A stretch of DNA of 64,000 nt from Synergistaceae bacterium UBA5827 (GCA_002432945.1 DJHE01000019.1:35301-99300), one strand, 5' to 3'; shown: positions 25,284 to 34,717, numbered from the stretch's first letter. The notes: generated by a model from the letters alone, not told the origin. Made by a program: numbers and translations.

Positions 25284-26669
25284 TTAGCAGCAGCAGCATC
25301 CCTTGGCTTTCTTGAGGGCCTTGCGAACGATGTCAAGCCCCTTGTCAAGGTCGCCCGTCGGTACGTTAAGGGCGGGGCGGAAGCGAATGGACTGGGTGCT
25401 GCAGGGCAGGATCAGCATCTTCTCGTCCCAGCAGGAGTGCAGGACCTTGTCTCGCAACTCGTGTGTTACGAGATCGAAGGCACACATCAGGCCCTTGCCG
25501 CGAGTGTTCCGGACCATGTCCGGGAATTCCTTCTGGATCTCCATCAAACCCTTGAGAAGGTGCGGGCCCGCCACGTTGCTGACGTGGTCAAGGATCTTCT
25601 CTTCGCGGTAGATCTCGAGATAGCGCTGGGCCCGAACCATGTCGACGACGTTGCCGCCCCAGGTCGAGTTGATTCGGCTGGATACCGTGAAGCAGTTATC
25701 CTCAAGTTCATCAAAACGGGGACCGGCAACAAAACCGCAGATCTGGGCCTTCTTGCCGAAGCTGAAGATATCGGGCTTGACAGGGGCATGATGTTCCCAG
25801 GCCCACATCTTCCCGGTGATACCCATTCCGCACTGGACTTCGTCAAAGATCAGGATGATCTCGTTCTCGTCGCAGATCTGTCGCAGTTGCTTGAAGAACT
25901 CGGTCCGGAACTGGTTGTCCCCGCCTTCGCCCTGGATCGTTTCAATGATGAGGGCGCAGATATCGTCGGGGTTGTTCCAGATGGCCTTCTTGATCTGGCT
26001 GACGGCCACTTCCTCAAGCCATTCCACGTTGGACAGGTTCTGCTCGAGAGGCCAGGTAATCTTCGGAGGAATGACGCGGGGCCAGTCGAACTTTGCGAAA
26101 TACTGGTACTTGTTGGGATCGTAGGTATTGGTGGTGGAAAGTGTGTAACCGCTTCGGCCGTGGAAGGCATCGCGGAAATGGATGACCTTGGTCCCCTTCT
26201 TGCCGTCTATGGCATCGCCCTTGCCGACCTTGCCCGCCTTCATAAGCTTCCGGACCTTCCAGTCCATCGAAGCCTTGAACGTGTTTTCGACAGCCAGGGT
26301 TCCGTAGTCGATAAAGAAAGTGTGGTTGAAACCGTCGGGCTTCGCCACCTCGTTGAAGGTCTTGATGAAATCGGCCATTTCCATCGTATAGATGTCGGAG
26401 CTCGCGACCTTGTTGATCGCGGCGCGGAAGATCCGCTCCTTGAATTCATCCGTGGTTAGCATGGGATGATTCATCCCGAATGGGGCCGATGCGAAGAAGG
26501 TGTAGAAATCGAGCCACTCGGCTCCGTCTTTCATGTTGACGATATGGCTGCCCTTCGACTTCTCCATGTCGATGATGATGTCAAAACCATCACGCAGGAG
26601 GTTGCTCGCAATCGTCGGGAAAACCTCATCCGGACTAACGCTGAAGTTGCGGCCGCACGTGTAGGACAT
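25284..26669 (-). CDS. lat: class-III aminotransferase, L-lysine 6-transaminase-like
   Basis: LRDGFDIIIDMEKSKGSHIV...FFASAPFGMNHP resembles the Lat N-terminus, and FDEVQCGMGITG is a class-III motif. ATG 26669 follows AAGGAGG. The protein ends in GCCCC. Confidence 0.8.
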   Translation of the reverse strand: MSYTCGRNFSVSPDEVFPTIASNLLRDGFDIIIDMEKSKGSHIVNMKDGAEWLDFYTFFASAPFGMNHPMLTTDEFKERIFRAAINKVASSDIYTMEMADFIKTFNEVAKPDGFNHTFFIDYGTLAVENTFKASMDWKVRKLMKAGKVGKGDAIDGKKGTKVIHFRDAFHGRSGYTLSTTNTYDPNKYQYFAKFDWPRVIPPKITWPLEQNLSNVEWLEEVAVSQIKKAIWNNPDDICALIIETIQGEGGDNQFRTEFFKQLRQICDENEIILIFDEVQCGMGITGKMWAWEHHAPVKPDIFSFGKKAQICGFVAGPRFDELEDNCFTVSSRINSTWGGNVVDMVRAQRYLEIYREEKILDHVSNVAGPHLLKGLMEIQKEFPDMVRNTRGKGLMCAFDLVTHELRDKVLHSCWDEKMLILPCSTQSIRFRPALNVPTGDLDKGLDIVRKALKKAKGCCCC

Positions 26670-26826
26670 TCCGTTTTCCTCCTTGTTGAAGAAATTTAAA
26701 AATATACCGCACAACCCTGCTTGTTTATTTTATCATGACCATTTTGAACTAGTCTAGGGTTACGGGTTTTTTTCCGCAAGGAGCTGTTTCCAGACATTTC
26801 TCTACAATTTCCAACTTTTTGCCTTT

Positions 26827-27297
26827 TTAGGAAAACGGCTGGGGATCATTGCCTCCTGACGCCCCGAAATTCCCGGAGGATGCCGGCAACTCCCGGTCGC
26901 TCAATACTACCGTATCTATCCACTCCCTTGAATGGAAGTCTCCCTGTCCGATTCCGGGACAGAACGCCGATTCCCGTTCCCATGTTTCCCGCGTACCCAG
27001 CAAAGAAGGCCAGAACGGGTATTTCCTGCATTGGGAGGGGCGACAAGAATAAATAAGGCAGAGCGCGTTATCCCAGTCATAGAATATGCACTCTCCCCTG
27101 TGCCCGTCTTTCAGGACAAAAGAATCCTCCCTTCTGGAAACATAATTCCAGAAAAACTCTTCCGGGGAAAGGGAAAGAAACTCCGCAATCGACTTCAACT
27201 CTTCTACCGATAACGTGACGATTCCGGGTCGGCGACAGCAGCGCCCGCAATGCATACACGAAAATAATAAACCTGCCTCATACCAAGGTTCATTCAT
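26827..27297 (-). CDS. YkgJ-family cysteine-cluster protein (UPF0153)
   Basis: CMHCGRCCRRPG (CxxCxxCC), plus the later CLIYSCRPSQCRKYPFWP. Confidence 0.8.
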   Translation of the reverse strand: MNEPWYEAGLLFSCMHCGRCCRRPGIVTLSVEELKSIAEFLSLSPEEFFWNYVSRREDSFVLKDGHRGECIFYDWDNALCLIYSCRPSQCRKYPFWPSLLGTRETWERESAFCPGIGQGDFHSREWIDTVVLSDRELPASSGNFGASGGNDPQPFS

Positions 27298-27333
27298 CTT
27301 CGTTCTGCTTTCCTGGATGTCGGCGCGTCCTGA

Positions 27334-28386
27334 CTATCGCCCCTTCAGAAGTCCCTTGCGAATCACTGAGAGGATTGCTCCAGAAGCCTTGAGCTGGTCC
27401 AGGGATTCAAGGGCCTTCCCAGTTCCCAGGGCCACGCATTCGAGCGGATGTTCCGCGACATGACAGGGCATCGCGGTTTCCTCTGAAACACGCTCGGCGA
27501 GATCCCGGAGAAGAGCACCCCCACCTGTAAGCCATATCCCCCTGTCGATGATGTCAGCTGAAAGTTCGGGAGGCGTCCTTTCAAGGATCCTGCGGATACC
27601 TGCAATAATCGCGTTCACGGGTTCTTCTATGGCCCTGGCCACCATTGAACTGGTGACCTCGATCTGCCTCGGCAGTCCCTGTACAAGGTCACGTCCCTTG
27701 ATGATCTGCGTCTCCTCCTCGCCGTGCGGCTTGACCTTGCAGGTACCGATGTTGATCTTGAGCGCCTCCGCGGTTTGTTCGCCTATTGCCAGATTGAATT
27801 CTTTCTTGATGTAGCGGGCGATGGATTCATCGAACTCATCACCGCCGATACGGAGCGACTCGGCAACGACAACGCCCCCCAGGGAGATCACGGCCACATC
27901 GGTCGTCCCTCCTCCGATATCGACGATCATGTTCCCCCGGGGCTCCGCAACTTCCAAATCGGCCCCAATAGCGGCAGCCATGGCTTCCTCTATCAGAAAG
28001 GCTTCCCGGGATCCCACCTCGATTGCGGCCTCCAGGACCGCCCTTTTCTCTACGTCGGTTGCCCCGGAAGGAACGCAAACCATTACACGATGCCTGAAAA
28101 GCGAGCCCATTTTCAGGCTGGAAGAAACCTTGTTCAGGAAATGGCGTAACATGGCCTCCGTCATCGTATAGTTCGCGATCACACCATCCCTGAGCGGACG
28201 TACGGCAACGACATGCCCCGGCGTCCTCCCCAGCATGCGCTTGGCTTCATCGCCAACGGCCAGGACTCTTCCGTTATTCTGGTCTATCGCAACAACCGAA
28301 GGTTCCCTTAGGATAACTCCCTTGCCCCTAAGAAAGATGAGAACGGTCGCAGTACCGAGGTCAATACCGATATCTTTTCCTAGCAA
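27334..28386 (-). CDS. mreB: rod-shape-determining protein MreB
   Basis: (M)LGKDIGIDLGTATVLIF, REPSVVA and DIGGGTTDVAVISLGG. TTG start 9 nt after AAGGAGG. The ORF-track N-terminal 65 aa are an extension. Confidence 0.93.
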   Translation of the reverse strand: MLGKDIGIDLGTATVLIFLRGKGVILREPSVVAIDQNNGRVLAVGDEAKRMLGRTPGHVVAVRPLRDGVIANYTMTEAMLRHFLNKVSSSLKMGSLFRHRVMVCVPSGATDVEKRAVLEAAIEVGSREAFLIEEAMAAAIGADLEVAEPRGNMIVDIGGGTTDVAVISLGGVVVAESLRIGGDEFDESIARYIKKEFNLAIGEQTAEALKINIGTCKVKPHGEEETQIIKGRDLVQGLPRQIEVTSSMVARAIEEPVNAIIAGIRRILERTPPELSADIIDRGIWLTGGGALLRDLAERVSEETAMPCHVAEHPLECVALGTGKALESLDQLKASGAILSVIRKGLLKGR

Positions 28387-28441
28387 GTCCGAAAACCTCC
28401 TTGTGTTCCTTCTTTCCGAAAGCCTGATCCATAAGAGTGTA

Positions 28442-29194
28442 TCATCCCCACGGGGAAGGCGTGTATCCGATACCCCAAAGGAAAAGCCCACTGGAAGGAG
28501 CCATTTCCTGTGTACGCCCCTCCTCCGGCAGGCCCGAAAGGCGATCCAGGAACGCTCCAAGAGAGAGTCTCCCTCCTGCAACCCTGTTGAGATCCCCTAC
28601 CAGGTAGCGAACCATGTGAAAGAGAAAGCCCGTTGCCCTGATCCGAAAGGCGGTCCACTCTCTCCGATGGATAAGCCTTACCCTCAAAACCCGCCTTGCC
28701 GTATTTACGGGACGCTCTCCCTGGGGACAAAATAGCCCAAAATCATGGATCCCTTCCAGGGCTTTGCATGCCAAAGCCAAATCCGGCGAGGACCAGTCTG
28801 CCTGAACCCTCCAGACGAAGGGCCTGACCTGCGGAAAACAATAGGGGGCCGTCCAGAGGAAATAGACATACTCTCTCCAGGTTGCATCGTAGCGGGCGTT
28901 GAATGCTTCGTCGACTGCAGCTGCCCGTATTATCCCAACTTCAGGAGGCAGGTTTTTGTCGATGGCCTGTAGCAATCGACCGGCTTCCCATTTCCTTGTG
29001 AGATCGAACGATACGACTTGTCCCCGGGCATGGACTCCCTTGTCTGTTCGGCCAGCCCCAACGCAACGGACACGGGCCCCCTCAAGCACACTTAACGCGT
29101 CCTCAAGATCTCCCTGGACCGTCTTCCTCCCCGGTTGTCTTTGCCAACCGGAATAGGGCCGTCCATCATAGGCGAGTTCCACCGCATAACGCAT
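28442..29194 (-). CDS. truA: tRNA pseudouridine(38-40) synthase
   Basis: MRYAVELAYDGRPYSGWQRQ and the catalytic GAGRTDKGVHA. Confidence 0.93.
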   Translation of the reverse strand: MRYAVELAYDGRPYSGWQRQPGRKTVQGDLEDALSVLEGARVRCVGAGRTDKGVHARGQVVSFDLTRKWEAGRLLQAIDKNLPPEVGIIRAAAVDEAFNARYDATWREYVYFLWTAPYCFPQVRPFVWRVQADWSSPDLALACKALEGIHDFGLFCPQGERPVNTARRVLRVRLIHRREWTAFRIRATGFLFHMVRYLVGDLNRVAGGRLSLGAFLDRLSGLPEEGRTQEMAPSSGLFLWGIGYTPSPWG

Positions 29195-29197
29195 CTT

Positions 29198-30004
29198 TCA
29201 GGCTCCCAAGTCCATCAGGACGAAAACCGCAACAATGACAAGAGTTCCGGCCATTGCAAAGGTGTCTGCCCTTTTCCATCTCAGGGGATTCATACGGCTC
29301 CTGCCCGTTCCTCCCCTGTAGCAACGTGCCTCCATGGCCTGTGCCAGATCCTCCGCTCTCTGGAATACGATGACGAAAAGAGGGACGAGGACCGGGATAA
29401 AAGCCTTCATGCGCCGCAATAGGCCGCCATGATCAAGGTCTGCACCCCTGGCAAGCTGCGCACGAAGGATGCGGTCCGTTTCATCGAAAAGGGTCGGGAT
29501 GAACCTGAGCGCAATAGTCATCATCATCGCCATTTCATGCGCCGGGAAGCCAAATCGCTGGAATGGACGGAAAAGTCTTTCAAGACCGTCGGAAAGTTCC
29601 ATCGGGCTGGTCGTCAATGTCAGGAAACCGGCAAAGAGGACAAGAAAGAAAAGCCTCAAACCCATCCTGAAAGCCATCCCCACTCCTTCCCTCGTGACAG
29701 ATAAAATCCCCCACTCCCAAAGGATGACCCCTCGAGTCAGGAACAGGTGGATACCTGCCGTGAAAAGAACAAGGATGATGACCGGTCGGGCACCCTGGAT
29801 GACCACCCGGAAGGGAATCCGGGAGAATCGGGAAAGGAAAAGCAGGAAAATTCCCCAGGCAACGAATGCAACCGGGTGCTTCACCATGAATATCCCGGCA
29901 AGGAGCAACACGACGGACAGGATCTTGCACCTCGGGTCCAGCCGGTGAACTGGAGAATCTGCAGGGATGTACTGGCCGAGTGTAAGGTGATTGAGAAATT
30001 TCAT
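29198..30004 (-). CDS. ecfT: energy-coupling factor transporter transmembrane component
   Basis: DPRCKILSVVLL..., with the ARG motifs LARGAD and the CbiQ-like topology. Follows two ecfA genes. Confidence 0.88.
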   Translation of the reverse strand: MKFLNHLTLGQYIPADSPVHRLDPRCKILSVVLLLAGIFMVKHPVAFVAWGIFLLFLSRFSRIPFRVVIQGARPVIILVLFTAGIHLFLTRGVILWEWGILSVTREGVGMAFRMGLRLFFLVLFAGFLTLTTSPMELSDGLERLFRPFQRFGFPAHEMAMMMTIALRFIPTLFDETDRILRAQLARGADLDHGGLLRRMKAFIPVLVPLFVIVFQRAEDLAQAMEARCYRGGTGRSRMNPLRWKRADTFAMAGTLVIVAVFVLMDLGA

Positions 30005-30843
30005 GTTCGGATTTCCTTTTCGAGGCGATCTGCCAACTCCACCGCATCAAGAGTGAAAGGAACGTGGTAGCCATAATCCCTCAACCCGGAAACCAGCTCA
30101 AGAATAGGAGGGAGGCAAAGCCCCCTTATCGGCCGTTCAACCAACTCATCCATGAGTGAGCCGGGGGTTCCGCAAAACACGGTTTTCCCCTTTTCCAGGA
30201 CAAGGATACGTTCTGCCATTGCCAAGGCCAATTCAAGATCGTGCGTAATGTGGACGATGCCTATCCTTTCTTTTACAAGGCCTTTAAGAAGCCCGAGAAG
30301 TTCCCTTCGTCCAGGAGCATCCATGCCCGCTGTCGGCTCGTCGAGGACAAGGTAATCCGGGCGTGCTGCAAGGACGGAAGCAATACAGAGGCGACGCTTC
30401 TGTCCTCCGGAGAGTTGGAAGGGGCTCCTCGTAAGCAGTTCTTCCGACAATCCCAGGAGTTTCATTGTCCTGGTCGTCGTTTCACGGATGTCTTCTTCGC
30501 TGAACTTCCAGTTCCTCGGCCCAAAAGCCATCTCCTCAAGCACGCTCTCGGCAAAGAGTTGATGCTCTGGGTATTGGAAGACAAGCCCCACCTTTCTCCT
30601 CACCATGCGAAGCGCGGAGGGCTCTGCTGTCGTGGGAATGCCATCAACTTCCACACTCCCCGACGTTGGTAAAAGCAAGGCATTAAGATGCTGCGCCAGT
30701 GTGGATTTTCCGCTTCCCGTTTGGCCAACGATGGCAACCCAGGTACCCGGTTCCACCATGAGATCCACCCCGCACAGTGCCTTCGTTTCAAGCGGGGTGC
30801 CGGGGTGGTAGACATGGCCGAGGGAATCGACCCTTATGGACAT
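30001..30843 (-). CDS. ecfA2: energy-coupling factor transporter ATPase
   Basis: Walker A GQTGSGKST, signature LSGGQKRRLCIA, Walker B LVLDEPT. Second of two tandem ECF ATPases. Confidence 0.9.
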   Translation of the reverse strand: MSIRVDSLGHVYHPGTPLETKALCGVDLMVEPGTWVAIVGQTGSGKSTLAQHLNALLLPTSGSVEVDGIPTTAEPSALRMVRRKVGLVFQYPEHQLFAESVLEEMAFGPRNWKFSEEDIRETTTRTMKLLGLSEELLTRSPFQLSGGQKRRLCIASVLAARPDYLVLDEPTAGMDAPGRRELLGLLKGLVKERIGIVHITHDLELALAMAERILVLEKGKTVFCGTPGSLMDELVERPIRGLCLPPILELVSGLRDYGYHVPFTLDAVELADRLEKEIRT

Positions 30844-31661
30844 AGGTTTTCAAGCAACTCCTTTACAAATGGCAAGCAAGCCTTCGGGAGAAGGTTCCTC
30901 TCCTGGAGTTTCCTGGAAAATCGGACGAGGGGGGGCATTTCAAGCCCCCATTCATCAAAACAGTCCTTCATTGCAAAAAGCCCGGCTAGATCCCCGGCCC
31001 AGGTGATTCTCCCCTTGCCGAGGACCACAACGCGCGTCGCGTCCAGGATCTCATCCAGCCGGTGGGTGATTTGGACCAGGGTCATACCCGTTTTATGGAG
31101 ATTCCTGAGGATTTTTAGCACATCCTCCCGCCCTTGCGGGTCCAGCATGGCCGTCGCCTCGTCGAGTACAAGGCAACAGGGCTGCATGGCCAAAGCCCCA
31201 GCAATCGCCAACCTTTGCTTTTGTCCTCCCGACAGGGCATATGTCGGTGCACGTCGTTTCTCTTCAAGCCCAACCCGGCAAAGGCAATCAAGCACTCTTT
31301 CGTGGATCTCCAATGATGGCAGTCCCAGGTTTTCAGGGCCAAAGGCAACATCCTCTTCAACCACAGAGGCGACAATCTGGTTGTCGGGGTTCTGGAAAAC
31401 CATGGAAACATGGCTTCGGATCGACCAAAGGTTATCCTCGTTACCGGTCTTTAAACCGCAAACAAGACAATCGCCCCGCGTCGGGATCAGCAGGGCGTTT
31501 AAGAGTTTAGCCAGAGTGGATTTCCCAGATCCGTTCGCGCCAATCAGGGCAACCCAATCCCCATTACGAATTGAAAGATCAACTCCGTCAAGGGCGGGCG
31601 TGATCGCGCCCGGGTACGTGAAACTCACGCCCCGAAGCGCGAACACATCCTCGTTATGCAT
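30834..31661 (-). CDS. ecfA1: energy-coupling factor transporter ATPase
   Basis: Walker A GANGSGKST, signature LSGGQKQRLAIA, Walker B LVLDEAT. Immediately downstream of rplQ. Confidence 0.9.
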   Translation of the reverse strand: MHNEDVFALRGVSFTYPGAITPALDGVDLSIRNGDWVALIGANGSGKSTLAKLLNALLIPTRGDCLVCGLKTGNEDNLWSIRSHVSMVFQNPDNQIVASVVEEDVAFGPENLGLPSLEIHERVLDCLCRVGLEEKRRAPTYALSGGQKQRLAIAGALAMQPCCLVLDEATAMLDPQGREDVLKILRNLHKTGMTLVQITHRLDEILDATRVVVLGKGRITWAGDLAGLFAMKDCFDEWGLEMPPLVRFSRKLQERNLLPKACLPFVKELLENLCP

Positions 31662-31664
31662 TTT

Positions 31665-32018
31665 CTACTGGACCAGTTCGATAACCGCCATTGGGGCCGC
31701 GTCTCCCAGGCGATTCCCCAGCTTTATGATGCGAGTGTAGCCACCAGGCCTATTCACGTATCGCGGGGAAATTTCCTCGAAGAGCTTCTTGACCGCTTCC
31801 TTGTTTTGCATACGGGAAGCGACCAACCGCCGATCCTGAAGCGTCCCGCCCTTGGCGCGGGTAATCAGCCTCTCGGAAACGCGGCGCAACTCCTTTGCCT
31901 TGAGCAGGGTGGTCGTGATTTTCTCCTCCATGATCAGGCTGGCCGTCATGTTGCTTAACATGGCCATACGGTGGCTTGTGTACCGGCCAAGCCTCCGGGT
32001 ATCGACTCTATGCCTCAT
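31665..32018 (-). CDS. rplQ: 50S ribosomal protein L17
   Basis: MRHRVDTRRLGRYTSHR...GGYTRIIKLG. Sits after rpoA. Confidence 0.97.
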   Translation of the reverse strand: MRHRVDTRRLGRYTSHRMAMLSNMTASLIMEEKITTTLLKAKELRRVSERLITRAKGGTLQDRRLVASRMQNKEAVKKLFEEISPRYVNRPGGYTRIIKLGNRLGDAAPMAVIELVQ

Positions 32019-32021
32019 AAA

Positions 32022-33029
32022 CTAATCCTCCTTCACGGGCTCTTCAGGTGCGTCTTCCCCCGGGAGGGAAATCGAGAACTTTTCCAGTTTTTCCTCGATT
32101 TCCCGGAGAGAGATCTTGCCCAGATTGCGTATTTTCATCAGTTCGGAACGGCTTTTGCTGACGAGGTCGCCTATGGTGTGTACGCCCCCGCGGAGCAGGC
32201 AGTTTTCACTGCGAACCGACAATTCCAGGTCCTTGATTCCTCTTGCCAGGATCGTGTCTCCATCTGCGATAGGAATGACTTCTTCGTCAGACAGGCTTTC
32301 TTCTTCCTGTTCCTCCTGCCCCGCGCGGCCATGCGTCTCCCCTTCCGAAAGACGGATCTCGTCCGAGAAAAGGGCAAAGTAACCCTTAAGGACATTCGAA
32401 GCTTCGCACATGGCATCAGGAATTGTAACCACGCCATTCGTCCAGATTTCAAGGACAAGGCGGTCGTAGTCCGTTCTCTGGCCAACCCGGGCGTTTTGGA
32501 CCTCGTACTTGACGCGCTGTATTGGCGAAAAAATTGCATCAACCATCAACGCGTCGATCGGGAGGTAGGTCGGCCTGGGCCGATCTGTCGTTGCGTAACC
32601 CATCCCCTGCTCAACGTAAAGGTCCATCACGATCTTATGGCCCTTTTCCAGAGTCCCAATGACGCTTGACGGGTCAATGAATTCGACCTCGCTGTCCGGC
32701 TGGATATCGGCAGCAGTAATTTCCTTCGGGCCTTCAACCTCAAGATGCAGGATTCGCGCTTCCGAACTGTGGCACCTTAGGGGAATGTGCTTGAGGTTGA
32801 TCATCAGTCCAAGCACGTCTTCCTTCAATCCCGGGACAGTGCTGTACTCGTGCAGAACTCCCTCAATCCGGACTGCAGTTATTGAAGCCCCTTTTATCGA
32901 TGAAAGGAGCACCCGTCGAAGCGCATTGCCGAGTGTGACGCCATATCCCCTTTCAAGAGGCTCCACGACGATCCTGCCATATCGGGGGGTACCCTCCTCC
33001 AGCCTGATCTCCGGTCGCATGGGATCCAT
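32022..33029 (-). CDS. rpoA: DNA-directed RNA polymerase subunit alpha
   Basis: EPLERGYGVTLGNALRRVLLSSI, with a C-terminal LELSVRSENCL domain. Confidence 0.97.
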   Translation of the reverse strand: MDPMRPEIRLEEGTPRYGRIVVEPLERGYGVTLGNALRRVLLSSIKGASITAVRIEGVLHEYSTVPGLKEDVLGLMINLKHIPLRCHSSEARILHLEVEGPKEITAADIQPDSEVEFIDPSSVIGTLEKGHKIVMDLYVEQGMGYATTDRPRPTYLPIDALMVDAIFSPIQRVKYEVQNARVGQRTDYDRLVLEIWTNGVVTIPDAMCEASNVLKGYFALFSDEIRLSEGETHGRAGQEEQEEESLSDEEVIPIADGDTILARGIKDLELSVRSENCLLRGGVHTIGDLVSKSRSELMKIRNLGKISLREIEEKLEKFSISLPGEDAPEEPVKED

Positions 33030-33051
33030 CTTCCCCCCACCTTTCTACCCG

Positions 33052-33684
33052 TTAGCGGGCATAGAACTCGACGACGAGTTGCTCGTTGACCGGCGATTCG
33101 ATCTGGTCACGGTTGGGTAGTGCCACAACCTTCGCGCTCAGGTTCTCCCCGCTCACTTCGAGCCAGGCAGGAATGGATCGGCTACCCGCCACTTCTGCGT
33201 TTTCCTTCACGTATGCGATGTCTCGGCTCCCCTCTCGGACGGAAAGGGTATCTCCCGCCTTGACAAGGTAGCTAGGGATATCGATCTTTTTGCCGTTCAC
33301 CTCGAAATGACCGTGGCAGACGAGTTGCCTGGCCTGGCGACGGCTCACCGCAAAACCAACCCGGTAGACGACATTGTCCAGTCGACGTTCCAGAAGCTGC
33401 AGGAAATTATGCCCAGCCTGGCCGCCCATTTTCGTCGCCATTTCGTAGAAACGGCGGAACTGGGCCTCATGCATGCCGTAAAAGCGACGCAGTTTCTGCT
33501 TCTCGCGAAGGCGAAGGCCATATTCGCTCATTTTGGCTCTCCGCTTGCTGTCGCCATGCTGTCCGGGTTTCTTGTTTCGTTTCACGATGCCGCATTTCTC
33601 GGTATAGCACCGGTCACCCTTCAGGAAAAGCTTGACACCTTCAGCCCTGCATTGCCTGCAGGCTGGTCCGACATATCTGCTCAT
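33052..33684 (-). CDS. rpsD: 30S ribosomal protein S4 (Cys-cluster form)
   Basis: MSRYVGPACRQCRAEGVKLFLKGDRCYTEKC... Conserved position in the cluster. Confidence 0.97.
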   Translation of the reverse strand: MSRYVGPACRQCRAEGVKLFLKGDRCYTEKCGIVKRNKKPGQHGDSKRRAKMSEYGLRLREKQKLRRFYGMHEAQFRRFYEMATKMGGQAGHNFLQLLERRLDNVVYRVGFAVSRRQARQLVCHGHFEVNGKKIDIPSYLVKAGDTLSVREGSRDIAYVKENAEVAGSRSIPAWLEVSGENLSAKVVALPNRDQIESPVNEQLVVEFYAR

Positions 33685-33719
33685 GGGATGTGGGTTCCCT
33701 CCTTAACTTCGTCTGCGAA

Positions 33720-34112
33720 CTACACGCGCCGCCGCTTCGGGGGACGGCAGCCATTGTGGGGAATCGGCGTCTCGTCCTTGATCAGCCGAACCTGAAGTCC
33801 GGCAGCCTGAAGGGAGCGAATCGCTGACTCACGGCCGGGTCCAGGTCCCTGGACCACAACATCGACTTCCATCAGGCCATGATCCTGCGCCAGCTTGGCC
33901 GCCTGGGATGCTGCAATCTGGGCAGCAAAGGGAGTTGATTTCCTGGCTCCCTTGAACCCTACATTGCCGCCCGAAGCCCAGGACAGGACATTCCCCTGCT
34001 TGTCCGTGATGTTAATGATCGTATTGTTAAACGTGGAGTGGATATGCGCCACCCCGTAGCTAACATGCTTCTTCTCCTTGCGTTTTCCCTTGCGCTGAAC
34101 CCGCTTTGCCAA
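33720..34112 (-). CDS. rpsK: 30S ribosomal protein S11
   Basis: [14 protein letters not shown]...[13 protein letters not shown]. Confidence 0.97.
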   Translation of the reverse strand: MAKRVQRKGKRKEKKHVSYGVAHIHSTFNNTIINITDKQGNVLSWASGGNVGFKGARKSTPFAAQIAASQAAKLAQDHGLMEVDVVVQGPGPGRESAIRSLQAAGLQVRLIKDETPIPHNGCRPPKRRRV

Positions 34113-34134
34113 TTGGGTCGACCTCCTCGCCGCG

Positions 34135-34518
34135 CTACTTCTTCATCGTCGCCTTTTTCTTGCCGGCGATCGTCTTCTTCGGCCCCTTGCGGGTCCGGGC
34201 ATTCGTCTTCGTCCGCTGTCCACGAACCGGAAGCCCTCGCCTGTGGCGCAGCCCCCTGTAACAGCCGATCTCCATCAGCCGCTTGATATTCATCGCGACT
34301 TCCCGACGCAAGTCACCTTCAACCCGATAATTTGTCTCGATCTCGGACCGCAGGCGCTTCGATTCGTCGTCCGTCAGGTCTTTCACGCGGGTATCAGGAC
34401 TTATACCCGTGGCCGCGAGAATTTCCTTTGACTTTGTCAGCCCGATCCCGTAGATGTAGGTCAGGGCGATCTCTACCCGTTTTTCCCTAGGCAGGTCTAC
34501 ACCAGCAATACGCGCCAT
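34135..34518 (-). CDS. rpsM: 30S ribosomal protein S13
   Basis: [26 protein letters not shown]. Confidence 0.97.
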   Translation of the reverse strand: MARIAGVDLPREKRVEIALTYIYGIGLTKSKEILAATGISPDTRVKDLTDDESKRLRSEIETNYRVEGDLRREVAMNIKRLMEIGCYRGLRHRRGLPVRGQRTKTNARTRKGPKKTIAGKKKATMKK

Positions 34519-34522
34519 CGTC

Positions 34523-34651
34523 CTATGGCCTCCTTGGTCCCTGGCTCTGCTTGTGTCGCGGATTCTTGCTGCAGATCACGCGCACAACACCGTGCCTCTT
34601 GATGACTGAGCAATGTTCGCAAATTGGCTTTACCGAAGGTTTAACCTTCAT
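34523..34651 (-). CDS. rpmJ: 50S ribosomal protein L36 (42 aa, Zn-binding form)
   Basis: Hand-translated: [42 protein letters not shown]. It is below the ORF-track length cutoff. Its 3' end carries the SD of rpsM. Confidence 0.9.
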   Translation of the reverse strand: MKVKPSVKPICEHCSVIKRHGVVRVICSKNPRHKQSQGPRRP

Positions 34652-34717
34652 ATCCTCACGCTCCCATTCCATTTCGACACATCAACCCTTCCGAACGCTG
34701 GAAAGGCCTTATCGCGA

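Noticed and set aside
25173-26459. A 428-aa plus-strand ORF opposite the aminotransferase gene
   Set aside because: The minus-strand product has clear class-III aminotransferase motifs and a strong SD. The plus-strand product has none, so it is an antisense shadow in GC-rich DNA.
26670-26826. A lysine riboswitch or T-box upstream of the lysine-aminotransferase-like gene
   Set aside because: The spacer is too short for an L-box or T-box once the promoter and SD are accounted for. No conserved cores were seen. It is treated only as an AT-rich promoter region.
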